64,000 nt of DNA from Geosiphon pyriformis uo1 (GCA_016748015.1 JAAOMT010000426.1:91620-155619); one strand, 5' to 3'; numbered from the stretch's first letter, positions 39,108 to 56,691 are shown. Program-made: numbers and translations. Notes: generated from the letters alone by a model not told the origin.

Positions 39108-40632
39108 TATTGAAAGCAAATCGGTAAAGTTTATCACGATGGGTGACCACAATTTTCGAGACCCATTTCGCGGCTTGTTCGATGAGTCCACAGATTGAAA
39201 ATTGAGAGAGAATTGCTTTTGTTACTCGAGAATCTCTTTTTGCTTTGCACTAGGGATACAGGTGTAGAAGTAATCTTAATTGTTAGCAGGGACATTAAAA
39301 TTTTGAGAAGTTAGCTCAAAGAAAGTGGAAGGTGGAAAGAGAAAATTATTTTAAAGAATAACTGTTATAAAAAGATAAACGTTTTTTTGAATTTGAAACT
39401 CAGTTATAGCAAAACAATTTATTTTTCAGCCAAATAAAACTTGAAACAATTAAATTTTCAATAAATTCTTTTACCAAGTACATGTAAAAAGATAATTATT
39501 AAGCTAATAACTTTGCAGATAAATGAAAAAAAAAGAAAAAGTTTAATAATTAATTAATTATAAAAGACTTTGGAATCTTTGAAAATTTTCAGGCTTATAT
39601 TGCAATCTTTAAACACTTTATTTACTCGTTCCTTAATTAATTGATATTATTGTCTTGCTTTTTTCTCTCATTCTATTGAAAATGACAAGGAAAAATTTTT
39701 TTCATTTTCCCATCTTGTTTTGAATACCAGTGAAAGAACTCGGATTAGTTTAAAAAAATTTTAATTAAATTTTTTTGATTTAAATCCACTTTTTAAGTTT
39801 TTTTTTCCATTTTTGAACTTTAAAAACTTTCTCAATTTTCTAATTTTATTTGTTTACTTTAATGCACCGTTAATAATAAACTTCTTGGAATGAATTAAAC
39901 ATAAAAATATTATTATCGAATTCCAATTAAATTATTTTTTATAATGAGATCACAATTTTTAATTTAATATTAAAATAATTTTTAGGTTATATATTGAATA
40001 GAAAACTCGAAATTTTTATTTAAAACATTTTATTTTATTCATAAATTTCTAGGCATTTTATTTTTATAAAAATCCCAAAACTTTAATCCTTTTCTCTTTT
40101 TTTACAAATAATTAATAAGTATGCAAAATAAAAATAAAAATTATAGAAAAAAAAAAAAGATAAATTATATTTATATGATATGTGTAATTATTCTATTATG
40201 TATTAATTTGTTTACCTATCATTTTCAAAATCTCATGAATATTCTATTTTTTGTGGTTTTAACAATTTCTTTTGGTTTTTAATGAAAACAATTTAATTTT
40301 GAATTGCATGCTTTGTTTGATCCAAGAGATGGAAATTTCCAGAATACCATATCTTTTTAACATACAGTGAAAGAATTTGCTCTTTCTAATTCTTTTGAAG
40401 AAATCATAATGTTGATTAAAAGATATTAAATTTGAACAAAAGATATCCATTAAAGAAAAAACAGCAAGAACTTTCTTTTTTCTGTTTAAAATATACAATA
40501 ATCATAATGCTTGCATTTGTTTTCTATTTTTGAATAACAGGTTGGTTTGTTTGATTAAATCTACCTTATTCAAATCTTTGGATATATTCTATTTACATGA
40601 CAATTAAAATTGTCCATTTTTTTGGGATAAGA

Positions 40633-41076
40633 TCAACCAAGGTCAGTTTGAGAAGTATTCTTTTTGATGATCGGTTGTTTCTTCGTGTTTTTACGAGGGA
40701 AATTTAAATTTTCGCTTGGTAATTTTTTTCCATGCTTGTCATCAGTTATCCCAAGTTTATTTTCTTCGATTCTTATTTGTGTAAAAAAACTGGCGAACCC
40801 TAAAGATTCTGTATTTTTTATTTCCTGACTAGCATTTGATGAATTAACTTCATGCTTGCAATTCTCATCGTCGTCACTGTCGAGATAATGATAAAATAAC
40901 TCGGCTTGTCGTCTCTCTTGATTTTCATGTTCTTTTGTAATTGCATCAAAAAGTAAAGAAATTGCTTCGTTTTCTTGGATTTCTTTTATAAGGTCTGATT
41001 GATTCATTGGAGAATTGGTCATTTCGGAATTAGTAGGGTTGATAAGATTAGATGGTAATTTTTTGAGTGAAATCAT
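40633..41076 (-). CDS. Cluster family member 6 (147 aa), closest to member 2 but without the acidic tail
   Basis: Motif A IQENEAISLLFDAITKEHENQERR, motif B TESLGFASFFTQIRIEENK. TATATAAATGGGAG on the minus strand at ~41228-41242. Confidence 0.88.
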   Translation of the reverse strand: MISLKKLPSNLINPTNSEMTNSPMNQSDLIKEIQENEAISLLFDAITKEHENQERRQAELFYHYLDSDDDENCKHEVNSSNASQEIKNTESLGFASFFTQIRIEENKLGITDDKHGKKLPSENLNFPRKNTKKQPIIKKNTSQTDLG

Positions 41077-41367
41077 CCTTGTGGAAAGTTTCTGGTGTAG
41101 GTGAATTATTAGTTTTGGGAGTATTTAATTTATTTGTGATTTTAAAACTTTGATAAAGGTTAAGTTGCCGATAAAATTTATTTTTTTTGAGAAAGTAAAA
41201 TTCAAAAAAAAAAACCTGGGAAACGACCTCCCATTTATATATTAAAAGATTTTTCCACGATGCACAATCGCATGTATGGAATTACAAATTTTTATTATCC
41301 TGGTGAGGGATTACAAGAAGTTGAAATTTTTCATCTGATCGTGATTTTTACGTAGTTTAATCCTAGT

Positions 41368-41870
41368 ATGGGAAAAATCCCACCAGTTTACATCATAGAA
41401 CTCTCAGATAAACATATTGGTACCTGCATACAACATATTATTGATTTAATCAAAATATTGTATACTATTCAAAAACCAGTGAAAAGGTTCCCATTAAATC
41501 TCTCAATTTTTGATGACGAATCTCATCTGGATTTGAGGTAAATGTCAAATTAAACTTGTCGATTTTTGAAAGTTCAAGGGATCCTAGAATTTTTCAGATA
41601 TGTCATTTGAATACCAAAGATTAGTAATCTCTTAAGATGTTAGGACCAGAAAAATATGATTGGAAAGATTTCGAAGAAGAAAAAGTTTATTTACTGATAA
41701 TCAATAACACGAAAAGATTAGATACCCAGATACGATTCTATGAAGATAATTTGGAAATCTTACTAGAAACCTATCAAAACAATCTCTTCCCACAAAGTTT
41801 AATAAAACGTCATTCTCGGTCAATGGGTGAAACACGTCAGTTCTGCGTGGGACCCTTATTAATCGATTAA
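41368..41870 (+). pseudogene. Possible pseudogene fragment of unknown function
   Basis: An open frame MGKIPPVYIIELSDK...FDDESHLDL ends at AG|GTAAAT (41538), and ORF 41637-41870 follows. Both candidate acceptors lead into stop codons. Confidence 0.3.
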
Positions 41871-42307
41871 TTTGGTAATGTGAGATTTGTAGCTTCATCC
41901 AATAAATTGCCACGTGAAACGTTACTAGACGACTACTATTGTTTAGCTTGGCTAATTACTTGAATTAAGAATTACACTTGATCAAAATTCTAAAGCGCTG
42001 AATTTTTTGACAATACACAATTACCCAACATCTCAATTTAGTACACAATTTGAATTTAAATTTTGAGTTTTCAACGGGATACGTGTTATCTTTCAAATAA
42101 TTGGGCGATAAAAGACATGATGAAGCATTTCTGATGAAATTACTGATTTTTTTATTGGTTTATTTTTTAAATTTAAGATTGGTAATTAATTAGTCAATCA
42201 TAAAAATATAGCTTGAAAACTGGGATAATATTAATGTCAATGGTTAGAGGTTTAGTAAATTTCACTAAAAGATATTTTTATTAAATGAAAATAATAATAA
42301 TAATAAC

Positions 42308-42338
<31 letters not shown>

Positions 42339-45027
42339 TATATGTTTTAAAAATAATATTGATTATATTATTTTAAATTCAGATTCAGATAATTGAATTT
42401 TTTATATATATGATTATTATCTCATAAATTGATAATTATTTTTAAGTTGAAATTTTAGATTTAAATTCAAAATTAATCTAATATATATGATTAAAATTTG
42501 AAAATTTTTTTTTGATTATTCAAAAAATTTGCATAAATAATTTTTTTAAAAAAGATTTAGTTAATGCATAGCAATTATAATAGTGTTAGATTTTTGATTA
42601 TTAATTATTATGAATACTAGATAAAAATAACCTTTTAAAAGTAAAGAATAAACTCTCAAGTTGACCAAAAAATTTTTACATATATTTAAACATAATTTAA
42701 ATCCATAATTTTCAATTAATATGTTTATATAAAACATCATGTGATTTTTTTTAAAACTTTAAATATATCAAACCTCAAACGAGGAAACTTTACTGTTAAT
42801 CAAAAACTAAGCCAACTCTCGAATTCGGCGAGAAATAACAAAATTTGTTGATCAATCAAATAGTGATTTAACCAATATTAACTAATTTCAACTTGATGAA
42901 ATTTCCTTTATTAGATTTGATGCCTTTACAGGTAAGTTCCGTCCAACACGAGATTACCATGAAAAATAGTTCCAATAGAAAAACTTTGAATGGTATTTTT
43001 TGTATTATAGTAATAATAAATTTTTTCCTTTTGTTCTCTTTAAAAAGGTTTATATTGTGAAATGTATGTTGATTAACTTTTCCTATCTTTGGTAAAATTT
43101 ACATAATCAAATTTTTGGATTTCTATTTTCTCACAAAATAATTCAACTAATTCAAAAACGTGACTTAAATACTAAAAATCTAATTTTGGCGTTCTCGAAG
43201 ATTCAAGTAACAAAGCAGTAAAAAATACGAGGAAAATTTAATATACATTGATTATTAAAGGACTTGATTAGCATTTCTTTATGTCGTTTAATAGTTAAAA
43301 AGCAAGGAAATGTTTTTCTTTTCTTTTTTAATCATTTTATGTCCAAAGTGGTAAACAAAATGAATAATTTGAATAGTTAAACCCATTATATTCATCTTTT
43401 TTTCACGAGAATACCCTGATTTTATATTTTTAGGGAACCTGTAAAACTCTTTTGTTGAAAGGGTAACTTTCTTGGGTATTCAAAAATATCTCATATTTGG
43501 ACGATTGAAAGAAAAAAGTTTTAGTTCCTATAATTTGACTGCTAACAAATCGCTTTTTTTATGCCTCTTCCTTCTCATTGAAGAGTTCAAAAAAAGGATT
43601 TAGAATAAAATAAAAAAAAGAGGTTACCCATTAGTCTCTTAATAAGCTTCCTAATTTTTAGCAATTCCAACGTAAGAGAGTTTTAATAAAACCTGTTTTT
43701 AACAGAAAAGTGATTCGATCCTTTAACAAGTAAGAGATCTTTGGGAATTCAGTCATAAGAATTTTCAAGCTTTCCCTATGTGAAAAGGAATCTACATGTT
43801 ATATTGATCTTTTTATTCTTTTAATGGTTTCTCGATAAGATTCAACTATAATCACAATGTTTTACCAACCTGTTTTTCATCTTTTCATTTAAGGTTAGAA
43901 TTATTTTAAATGATGGGTTTTCTAAATTTAAATAATTTTAAATAAACATCTCATAAAATGGTGACCATCGTCAAAAAGATCGATGACAAGATTTCTAAAA
44001 AGAATAACTCGTGAAGCTTTAAATCATCTATTTAATAGATATATATATAAAAAGGAATGTTCTTTGTAATAAATGAATTTTAAGAAATTTTGGTTAATGA
44101 AGTTTTATCAATATTTTGTTATAGGCTGTTTTTGATTGATCGGTTAGTTATGGTCGGAGTATTTCCCAACGCAGAAAGTAAATGAGATTTAGCCGTTAAA
44201 AAACGTGTCAGTTGTCGGTTTAATCGATAATTTTTTTAGATCAGATCAATACCAATCGGATCTAGCCGAAAATTTTGAAAATTTTGATTATGACATATCA
44301 AAGAAAGATACCCCGAGCGTCAATTTTATCACTCTTCATCGATAGTGCATGTTTTTCGTGTTATTTTTCTCGTTTTCGACTCATAAAGTTTAATACCTCA
44401 AAGGGAGGAGATCAAATTAGTGAATAAAAAATGCGACAGCCTTTCTTTGAATTCTGTTTGACATCTGCTTGGGTTTCGCAGAGCTGTTTTTTGCGTCTCC
44501 GTATACTCATCAGAAATTATCTTATGAAAAACAACGGGCATCTATTATCATGCTCCCTTTTTTTTGTTTTTTTTTGTTTTTTTGAAATGGAGAGATTATA
44601 AAAAGCGACATAAATAATGGTATAAAAAAATTTAAATTAATTTGTTTCAATCTGTGCATATCCATGTATTACTGGGGTATGAAAGTAAGATAGATAGAAG
44701 GAATTTCAAAGGCAACTTGTGAAATTGAAAAGAAAGATGAGATATTTTAATAGAACTTGTTGTTACTATTTATTACGTTTTAAATAACCTTTTTTTCGCG
44801 AAATCAATGCTTGATCAAACGCTTCGTCCATAATGCTAACAGGAGTAACCTCTTAAGAGCATGCAAAGACTACAAAAAAAATTTTCACCTGCTTTTATTT
44901 TAATTATTGGCTCCTCGTGATTAAAATATTTTAATTAATTCACAATATCAGTTTTGATCATGATTGTTACAATTGAATTGACAATTATAACAATGATGTT
45001 AGATTTGGTAAATTAATTATTATTAAT

Positions 45028-47750
<2,723 letters not shown>

Positions 47751-48224
47751 ATTGGGTAATAGTCTCACTCTTTAAAAAAAAATTGATGATTGATAAACTA
47801 TAAGATTGGCTAGGAATAAAAGATCTAAAAATAGATTTTTTCTTTTTTGAAGAATGTTCCATTTTTAGCCATGTTCATTTTCGTCATAAAAGTGATAATA
47901 AAAAATATTTTAAAGTCATTTTAACATATTTGTACACCCTATTACAACTCTTTGGTATTACCATTTCCTTAATCAACCAAAACTCTTAGACTTCACCAAT
48001 CCTCGAGTTAAATTGTTTGTGGTACAAATCTTTTTTGGGAAGTTTTATTATATATATATATCCCCCGTTGATTCCGAAATCTGTTGAAAATCAGTTTTCT
48101 CATTAAGAAAATAAAATATAATAGTATCATCCAAAAATTACTTTATTGAACTTTTTTTTAACACTTTATCAATCGATCAATCAATCAGTCAAATCAATTT
48201 TTTTAACCAAATATTTCTTTAATC

Positions 48225-48866
48225 ATGCACCGTATTCCTCCACGAGTTCATTCTCTCATTCACAGTAATAAAGATTATTCACAAAATCAATCTTCTACAC
48301 TTCAAATCTCCCCACAGAAAAGTGGTCAACTTAGTCAAGCAATTCGAACACATACAATAAATTTTATGTTAGAGGCTATCAAAAATGAATTTGAAAATCA
48401 TCAACATCATCACAATGAAGATTCTTCAGATGATATTAAACCTAATTTTAATGTCAATAAAGTTCCATCATCTTTGCTTGTTGTCTCTAACACTGGGAAA
48501 TCAAAAGATGAAGAAAAAACAGAACAAAAGACAATCAAACCAAAAGATTCAAACTCTTTTATTTTTACAAATTTTTTCAACGAACTTCGAAACGCAGAAG
48601 ATAAATTAGACGCAGAGATTACCAAGAAGAAACATAGTTCCTTGATAATTCCTACAATTGTTGAGGAAACATATTGGCTTGATTCTAATGAGTCGGAAAC
48701 CTCAAATTCTGGACTTTCACGTTCATCAATTAATCTCAAGCATTGTAAAAAGTCAAATAGCTTAAATTCATATCCTTGTCGAAAATATAAATATTCTAAT
48801 ATTCCCACAAAACGTGAAGATTTGGGAAATGAATTTATTCCCCTTAGACGTGATTTTCAACGATGA
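48225..48866 (+). CDS. Cluster family member 7 (213 aa), longest linker
   Basis: Motif A IRTHTINFMLEAIKNEFENH, motif B SNSFIFTNFFNELRNAEDKL. Ends IPLRRDFQR. (TA)n TATA-like tract at ~48048-48061. Confidence 0.9.
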   Translation: MHRIPPRVHSLIHSNKDYSQNQSSTLQISPQKSGQLSQAIRTHTINFMLEAIKNEFENHQHHHNEDSSDDIKPNFNVNKVPSSLLVVSNTGKSKDEEKTEQKTIKPKDSNSFIFTNFFNELRNAEDKLDAEITKKKHSSLIIPTIVEETYWLDSNESETSNSGLSRSSINLKHCKKSNSLNSYPCRKYKYSNIPTKREDLGNEFIPLRRDFQR

Positions 48867-50219
48867 CAAACTTATGACCAAATTTCTCTTTTCACCTGGA
48901 ATAGTATATGATTAAAAATCCTTTTAAAGACTATTGGTTCCTCAATTATTTATAATAAAATCAATTAATCAATTAATCAATTAATTCTTCTTTCAAAAAA
49001 AAAAAATTTTTTTTTAACACAAAAAGACTTTTATTCGTCTCAAATATGTACAATAGTATAATCTCTCAAACTTTATCGAAAACAAAATTAAAAAAGAAAA
49101 AGATTTTCTCAAGAAATACAAGAAAATGTTGATCATACCTAAATTATGACAGAAAAACTTGTTTATGAACCAGTTGACAAGAAACTTTAAAAAATTTATG
49201 TTTTTGTGAACCATTTGATTAAGGAAATAATAAAAGGACTTACAAGTATCCTTTTTTAAAAAAACAATGTGGTGCAGCATGCAAAAGATCGAGTTACATG
49301 ATACATTTTATTGGAAAATATTTACCACTTGCAAAGCATCAATTAACAATTATTAAGAAAAAAAACCCCCCGAAACAATGAAACCGATATGGAAAACTGG
49401 GTACTATTTTGTTAGATAGTCACTTGTTCATTTTCAGATGCTTCTGGAATAATATTATTGGATTTTGATCCTGGAATCAAGTTTTTCTTTTCCCCTCCTC
49501 CCCTCCTCCCCATCACTCCACCGGAACAAATATAATGCCATGTTGGAAAAAGATATTTGTATACTTTCAGCTAATTCCGAAACCGGATCATGACTGTAAA
49601 AGAATTGAGAATAGGGGATTAAAGTGGGAAGGCGTTATTGAAGATCCAATTTAACATAAAATATTTTCTTGCGCGCGTCTCTTTGCATAAAATCTCAAAA
49701 AGGTCAATATCTTTTGGCCGTGTTCGTAGCACAACTCTTTTCCTAACATGCTGTGAATTAAACTCATGTATTAGCAGGCTAATTCCAGAAAAAGAAACTA
49801 ATGTCCGATAGATAATAGAGATTTACGCCTTTGAACTTAAATACTAGTGTTATGGTCTTGGAAAAAAAAACATTTACCCACTTTCATTTAGTTTTTTCTT
49901 TTTATATTTATTCTTAGATTCCTTAAAATACAATAAAACTATCTCAAGCTTTCTTGGAAAGCTGATTAATACCTAATCTATATGAACTTTTCTTGGTCTG
50001 TAAAGTTAATAATAATAATAAATAATTATCTATTTTTTAAAATGATTGAAAACTATATATTATCTTTCATCAAAAGATGGTTTCATTTAAGATTACATAA
50101 ATTGTAATGTCCAATTTTATTAACTCAATTTTAAAAAATCATAATAACACCAAATAAATTATAGAATTAATATTTTTTAAAAAATGATTTCGGAAAATTA
50201 TAAATCTTTTTACTATTGT

Positions 50220-50298
50220 ATGAATGAATGAATGTATTATGTATTTATGTATTTATGTATTTATGTATTTATGTATGTATGTATGTATGTATGTATGT
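50220..50298. repeat. (TGAA)/(TATGTATT)/(TATG)n compound microsatellite
   Basis: Directly visible. Confidence 0.9.
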
Positions 50299-52358
50299 TG
50301 GTACTTAAAATTAATATCTGTCCATCCCACAATATCCTCTGTGTAAATTTTAAGTAAGATAGCTAGGCAAATTACCAAATATTTAATATTTTTTAAAAAA
50401 CGAATCAAAAATCACCTTAAGAAGTTTTTTTTTTAAAAAAAAGGATCGATTAAATTTAAACCATTTATACTTTTAATCTTTCTAAATGCACTGGTTTTAC
50501 TATTTTTTTCTCTCATATAACTAAAACATAATAAAATGAAAATCAAAAATTCATATAAAACAAATTCTTTTTAATGAAGGGTGTAAATAAAAAAGTTCGG
50601 ATAAATCAGTTAAGATTAATAAGAAATTTCAAATAAGCCCCATATATTTTATAATGAAAATCTATTGAAAAATCAAATTTTTAGAAATAAAATCCGTAAA
50701 AATTTAAAAATTATTTAATAGTAAATTTTTTTCATTTTCTTTGATCGAAAAATTATTGAAAACTTTTTGGTTAACTTCTAATCAATACCTATCCCGGAAA
50801 ACCGATTTAAACTGTCCATTGACCAAGAATTTATTTTGCAATCATAAATAAAAAATTTGTCAACATTTAAGCATTTAAACGATAATTTTTACTTTAAGGT
50901 TACTCGACCTACAATCTTAAAAAAAATAAGCAATATAATCAGTTAGTTTATTATTAAAAAATAATACTTTCAAAACATAACTTTAAAGTTTTCCCCAAAA
51001 AAATAACCCAACTAAAAAAAATAATCAAGTACCAAAAAATATTTTTCATACACAAAGCTTCCCGATACACACTAAAAATTGAAACTATGCATGTATCAGC
51101 TTGTGCATTACGTTTTAAATTTTAAATTTAAATATTAACCATGTGAATTCTTTCAATTCTTTTAAATTCTTTTAATCAGTACATGTTGGTTGATTTTCAA
51201 AATTCTTTCTACCCAAAAATATGGCTCTAATTATAGTTGACTTTGTTAGATTCCTGCACTTGGAAATTTTTTATTTTTAAGAATCATGCCTTCTAGAAGC
51301 TGAATCAATTGTGCGTTACCAAATGAAAATTAATTTTTTACCAAAAAATAAATAAATAGATAGGGTCATACAATTTGAATTTTAAAGTGATGCAAATCTA
51401 TTCTTAGGAAACTCGTAGTTTTTAATTAAAAAAATTTATTTTCTACTCATATATTTATAATAATAGGAATGTTAAAAAAGACGCTAAATTTAATTTCTAT
51501 TCTTTTCTAAGAATAATTTTTTTATTATTAGAAATTGTGCACTTTTCAAGATTCAATTAATTTACCATTTTCACATTCACGTAACGATATTCAGAAATAA
51601 GATATTGATAACACTATTAATAGAACATATTTAAAGAAAAAGGGATTTATACTAGTTAAAAAAACATGGTTTATCTAATTTTTTTTTTCTTTCTTTTTTT
51701 GTCTTCATAGTGAAAAACTGTCCTTGGAAATTCTTTATTAAGAATTCTAAAGTGATTATGGTTGACATAGTTTTCGAAGAAAAAAAAATTTTTTTTTTAT
51801 ATAAATTGCTAATATAAACATATTAGTCATGAACAAGAGTTACGGTTTTTGGGTTGATATCTTTATCCCAACCATATTTATAAAAATGAATATTAAAAAA
51901 AAAATTTCCTATTATTATATTCAGTTGACTAAAATCACTATCTTGACATTTTTATTATACTTGACCAATTTATTGTATTGTGAAAAATTTTTTTAATCAT
52001 ATTTTTTAATTTTGCTTTTACTAAATCTTTTCTTTATGTCTTAAAATCTTTTAAGAATTTAAATTTCTTTTTTTTATTATAAAAAATTTTGAATAAATCA
52101 TTTTAATATATAATGATCACATTTTTTTTTTTAATAAGTTAAAGTAAAATTTTTTGACTTTGATATATAAATTAATTTCTAATTCAAATTAAGAATAATA
52201 TAAAAATTGTTGTTTTTATAATTTTATTTTGTTAAATTTTTGTGTTTTAAAAGTTTAAAAATATAATTATTTTAATTTTATTGAATTAGAAAAAAAAATA
52301 TTTCATTTTATAGTTAAAAACTATATTAATATTTATGCAGTCTTAAAAATTTCTTGTC

Positions 52359-52520
52359 TTTTAATCTTTAATAATCAGTTTTTAATTTTTAATAATCAGT
52401 TTTTAATTTTTAATAATCAGTTTTTAATTTTTAATAATCAGTTTTTAATTTTTAATAATCAGTTTTTAATTTTTAATAATCAGTTTTTAATCTTTAATAA
52501 TCAGTTTTTAATTTTTAATA
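52359..52520. repeat. 21-bp minisatellite, about 7 copies
   Basis: TTTAATAATCAGTTTTTAATT repeated head to tail inside an AT-eroded block. Confidence 0.9.
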
Positions 52521-54892
52521 ATTTAAAAAAAGTTGTTAAAAAAATTATTTGACCTCAGATACCATTTTCTTAAAATTAAAAGTTTTGGCAAGTTTGATAA
52601 AAATAAAAAAATCATGTTTCCACTCGGAAAAAAAGCTAATCTTGATGGATTAATCAGTTTTTTTTTACTATTGTATCATTATAATTACCATAAAAATATA
52701 ATTGTGATGGAATTTTTTTAATATAATTTGTTAATAATAATTGTAATCAAAAGATGAATTTTCATTCAAAATAAAAAATTTTAAATTCTTTTTTACAACC
52801 CTAATTCATTTTCAGAGTTAATGTTTAATTTATAATAAATTTTAGTTAAATATTAAATTTTTAATTTTTATATAATATTAGAAATTTAAAAAATTTACAA
52901 GATCAATTGTTTGAATTTCTATTTTATATTTAAATTATATTCGATATTTTAGGCAAAAGTTTCAAGCCTTTTCTTTCAAAACATTTATGTTACTCGTTCG
53001 AATTTTGTGTTAAAAATAAAAATTCTTTATTTATTTATTTTTATACCTTTGCCAAGATTTTTATCAAATCAGAATTTGTTAATATAAATTTAATCAAAAA
53101 AATCTACATTCTATCACAAAAAATTTGTTACAAAACATAAACAAAGTTGAATTAACTCTATAAAATAAAATTTCGGGTGAGTAAAAACTTATATTCTATC
53201 AATATTTATCCAAGATTGGAATTTGGTTTGGGATTAGTAAAACTATCAAAATTTTAAATTCTTTTGGGAATTAAATTTCTTTTGACGTTTTGTGTAAACC
53301 CAAAATTAAAGTTTTAGCTAGGAATGAAATCACTGTTTCATCAATTTTTGATAATCTCTGCAATACAAATGATTCTGTTTATTCTCATGATTTAAATTTT
53401 TGATCTTGATCTTTTGATAAATCTATAAACTGCTGGAGTTTAAACTGTCAGATTCATCCCCCCACAATTTTTTTGTGTAAATAAATGCTTTCACCTTCCT
53501 TTTTTAGATTTTTTATATAGTCATAACAGACGTTTTGATAAACAAGTCTTTTTTCCAATTTTAAAATAGACATAAAAATAGACAATTTTCAAATCTATTA
53601 CACAATTAATTGAGGAGCTAAAATTCGAGTGCTTTCATCGCTTTTCCCGCTAAAAATCTGTGAAACAAATAATATTCTTTGAACACGAGTCTTATGAAGC
53701 TCATCGCGCATGATGAATAAGCAACCAAATTTTTTTTTCAAATTGAATTATTGGCTACTTCTGAAGTTTGTTATTATAGTGAATAGCAGAAGATTCTATT
53801 TGTCAAGATAACTCTTTTTTTCATACTTAACAAATACTTTGAGCCGTGAGCTATCGGCGGAAAGCCTTTTGATTCTTCAAAATTTTTAAGCCTAAACAAT
53901 GTCATCATATTCAGCATATTTTAATGAACAAATATTTAGATTGATCTCATGATTGAAGGCAAAGCCCAAAAGTTATGATTTTAGTTGATTAGTTGAGCAT
54001 CTGTGAGAAATTTGCTAATCTCTGATTTTTGGTGTTTAATAAAACTTTTCTTGGATTAATCTATCACTACGATATGAAAAATAGCCATTTATAATCAATT
54101 GTTTTCGTGATTAAAATTTTTTTTCATTTGAGAATCGCTTAATGATTAACCTTTCAAATATAGTTAGTCAAAAAAAAAAAAGAAGTTCATTCTAAAAATA
54201 GTCTAAATTTTTTGCTCTTCTCTACAGAAAATTTGATTTTCTTCTTTATTGTATAGATTCCACGAATCTTCCCCTATGGAAAAATTATCCTTTTCTCGAG
54301 TCGTTATCAAACGAGAAAGGCATATCAGCAAAAAAAATTGGTCTTTCGCTGTATCTTGAAAATCAGCTCACAATGAAGTTTCTTGCTGAAAAAGATTTTG
54401 TTTTAATTTCTGAAATATTTTGAAAAGAAAAATTCCTATCTACCTTAAATAAGAAATTCACGCTAAATTACAAACAGATAGGTAGGTTTATCCTAAATCT
54501 ATCATAGTTTATCAAAAAATGACTCCGAAAATTAATTCTAGCGGTACCAGTTTATGGTCATTCCCCTCCCTCTTGACTTGGTGAAATGAAATTATGCATT
54601 TGCAAGACGGTTATATCGTAGATTGATTTTGTTTTCTTTTGAATTTATTTCGAGTGAGGATAGATTCTTGAGGGGTTAGTCTCAAGTTAGCCCAATAAAA
54701 TGATACGATGATTTTTGTAGAGTTGGTTGAAAAATGATTTAAAGGAATGGGGGATGTTTTATATTTAGATTTAGATTTTTAAAGCCAATGCGACACAAAA
54801 ATTGTTTCACAGGAATTAATTGGTTTAATCTAACGAATGGTACGAATTCAAAGTCTATTTAGAACTATTATCTCCAATAAGAGATGAATATA

Positions 54893-54947
<55 letters not shown>

Positions 54948-55447
54948 GCAGTTAACCTTGAACACGTAGGTCATTTTTTAGGGTCAATAATATCGTTAAA
55001 AAACTTTTTGTGCAAGATAATACTGGAATTAGGGGCTGTAAATATTATGATTTGTGATTACTAAATATTATGATTTTGTGGCTACCAAATAGAATTTTGA
55101 TGAACCTGTGAGTCTTAAATTGTTTTATATATTGAGTTATGATTTACAAACTTTAATGTAAATCGAGAACACAGAAGCTCGAAATTCTATTTATTTATAA
55201 AATAAATTGATTGGCCATTGCTAAATCAAGTATTTTCAAAAATACCTTCTTTTTCATGATTAATTGAGGATGTGATTTTCCTTTGGCTGGAACGACGAAC
55301 AATATGCAGGGAAATTTCAATAAAAATGGCTCTCAAAAACCCTGGTAAACTTTTTTCACAACACAAAATCATTCTTTTCACAGCATATAAACTTAAAATC
55401 GTTAAAAAGACCTTTTCAAACTCTTCACACCTTTTCTTAACTTCAAA

Positions 55448-55676
55448 ATGTCTCAATCTCAACCTCAAAAACGTCCTCTTCTGCGTTCCTATCGAAGATG
55501 TTCCTTAGATCTTAGATCAACTCAAACCACACGAACGAAGGAAGAAATTAGAAACAAAACTTTATCATTGATTTTTGACGTGATCGCCAAAGAATTAGAA
55601 CATGATGAACCACCAAGAAGTCCACTCGAGAAACTGAATCACTTTGGTTTCCCACAACTGAAACGACAAATACAAC

Positions 55677-55723
<47 letters not shown>

Positions 55724-56107
55724 CTACCACAGCAACTACCTTCTCGCGTTGATTCTGAGAAAAAAGATTCTTTAATTTTCACCAGTTTTTTCAATCAACT
55801 ACGAGTCCAAGAAGAGAAATTAACCCCCAAGCCTCAAAAAAAACCTTTATTACACCGTTCAGTCAGAATTGTTACTAATAAACCAAAAACCTCAATCCTA
55901 CCGGAAAAAGATTCAATAATTTATAAAGAATCGGATGAATATCATCAAAAGTCAACATATCCTACTAGAAATCTTTCATTTCATAAATCAAACTTCTCTC
56001 GTTACTCATATCCTAGACATTTGATGAGTAAACTAATAGCTGAAAGAACTCAAAAATATCCTCAAGAAACTTATTATCCGCGCGCCCAAACCATGATTTC
56101 TCATTAA
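55448..56107 (+). CDS. Cluster family member 8 (219 aa), basic-tail class
   Basis: CTTCAAA-ATG-TCT start. Motif A IRNKTLSLIFDVIAKELE followed by PPRSPLEKL, poly-Ser linker, motif B KDSLIFTSFFNQLRVQEEKL. Confidence 0.9.
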
Positions 56108-56648
56108 TAGAAATAAATACTATTGTAAATTAATTCTGTTGTTCCCAAAATGACATTCTTAACTAATCCTGTGCTAAATTTACCAATATATTGTCTATTA
56201 CATTATTATTCAAAATTAATTTTGGCTTTGCAAAAGCATAAGCCACACGAAAGAACCATGCACCATGTAAAAATTGTTTAAAAATTTTTCATTACTAAAA
56301 AAGAACTCGAGTTCCTCGTCTGGTTACATCATTCTGAGAAAAGATTAGTAACGGAAAACCTTTGTCCATGTTTGATCGATCATGCCTTATTGAGCTGTGT
56401 TTTAAAACAAATAAAATTAAAATATAGCGAGAACCAAGAAAACATGACCTTTGACCAATTAAAAGCCTTTTATGGAATGAACATATCTTGAAGCTTTTAT
56501 TATAGATTCGAAAACTTTTTTGTAAATAATGACATATTTTTAATTTTCTAAAAATTCTTTTTATCTTATAAATTTGGAAAATCATTAATAATCTTAAAAT
56601 CTATAAAATATTTAAAATGCTAAATTAACCCAATTATTAAGTAATTTA

Positions 56649-56691
<43 letters not shown>

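Noticed and set aside
55765-55815. PCNA PIP-box reading of motif B (xxFF)
   Set aside because: No Gln at the canonical position, and conservation extends to LRxEE, which suggests a longer helix.
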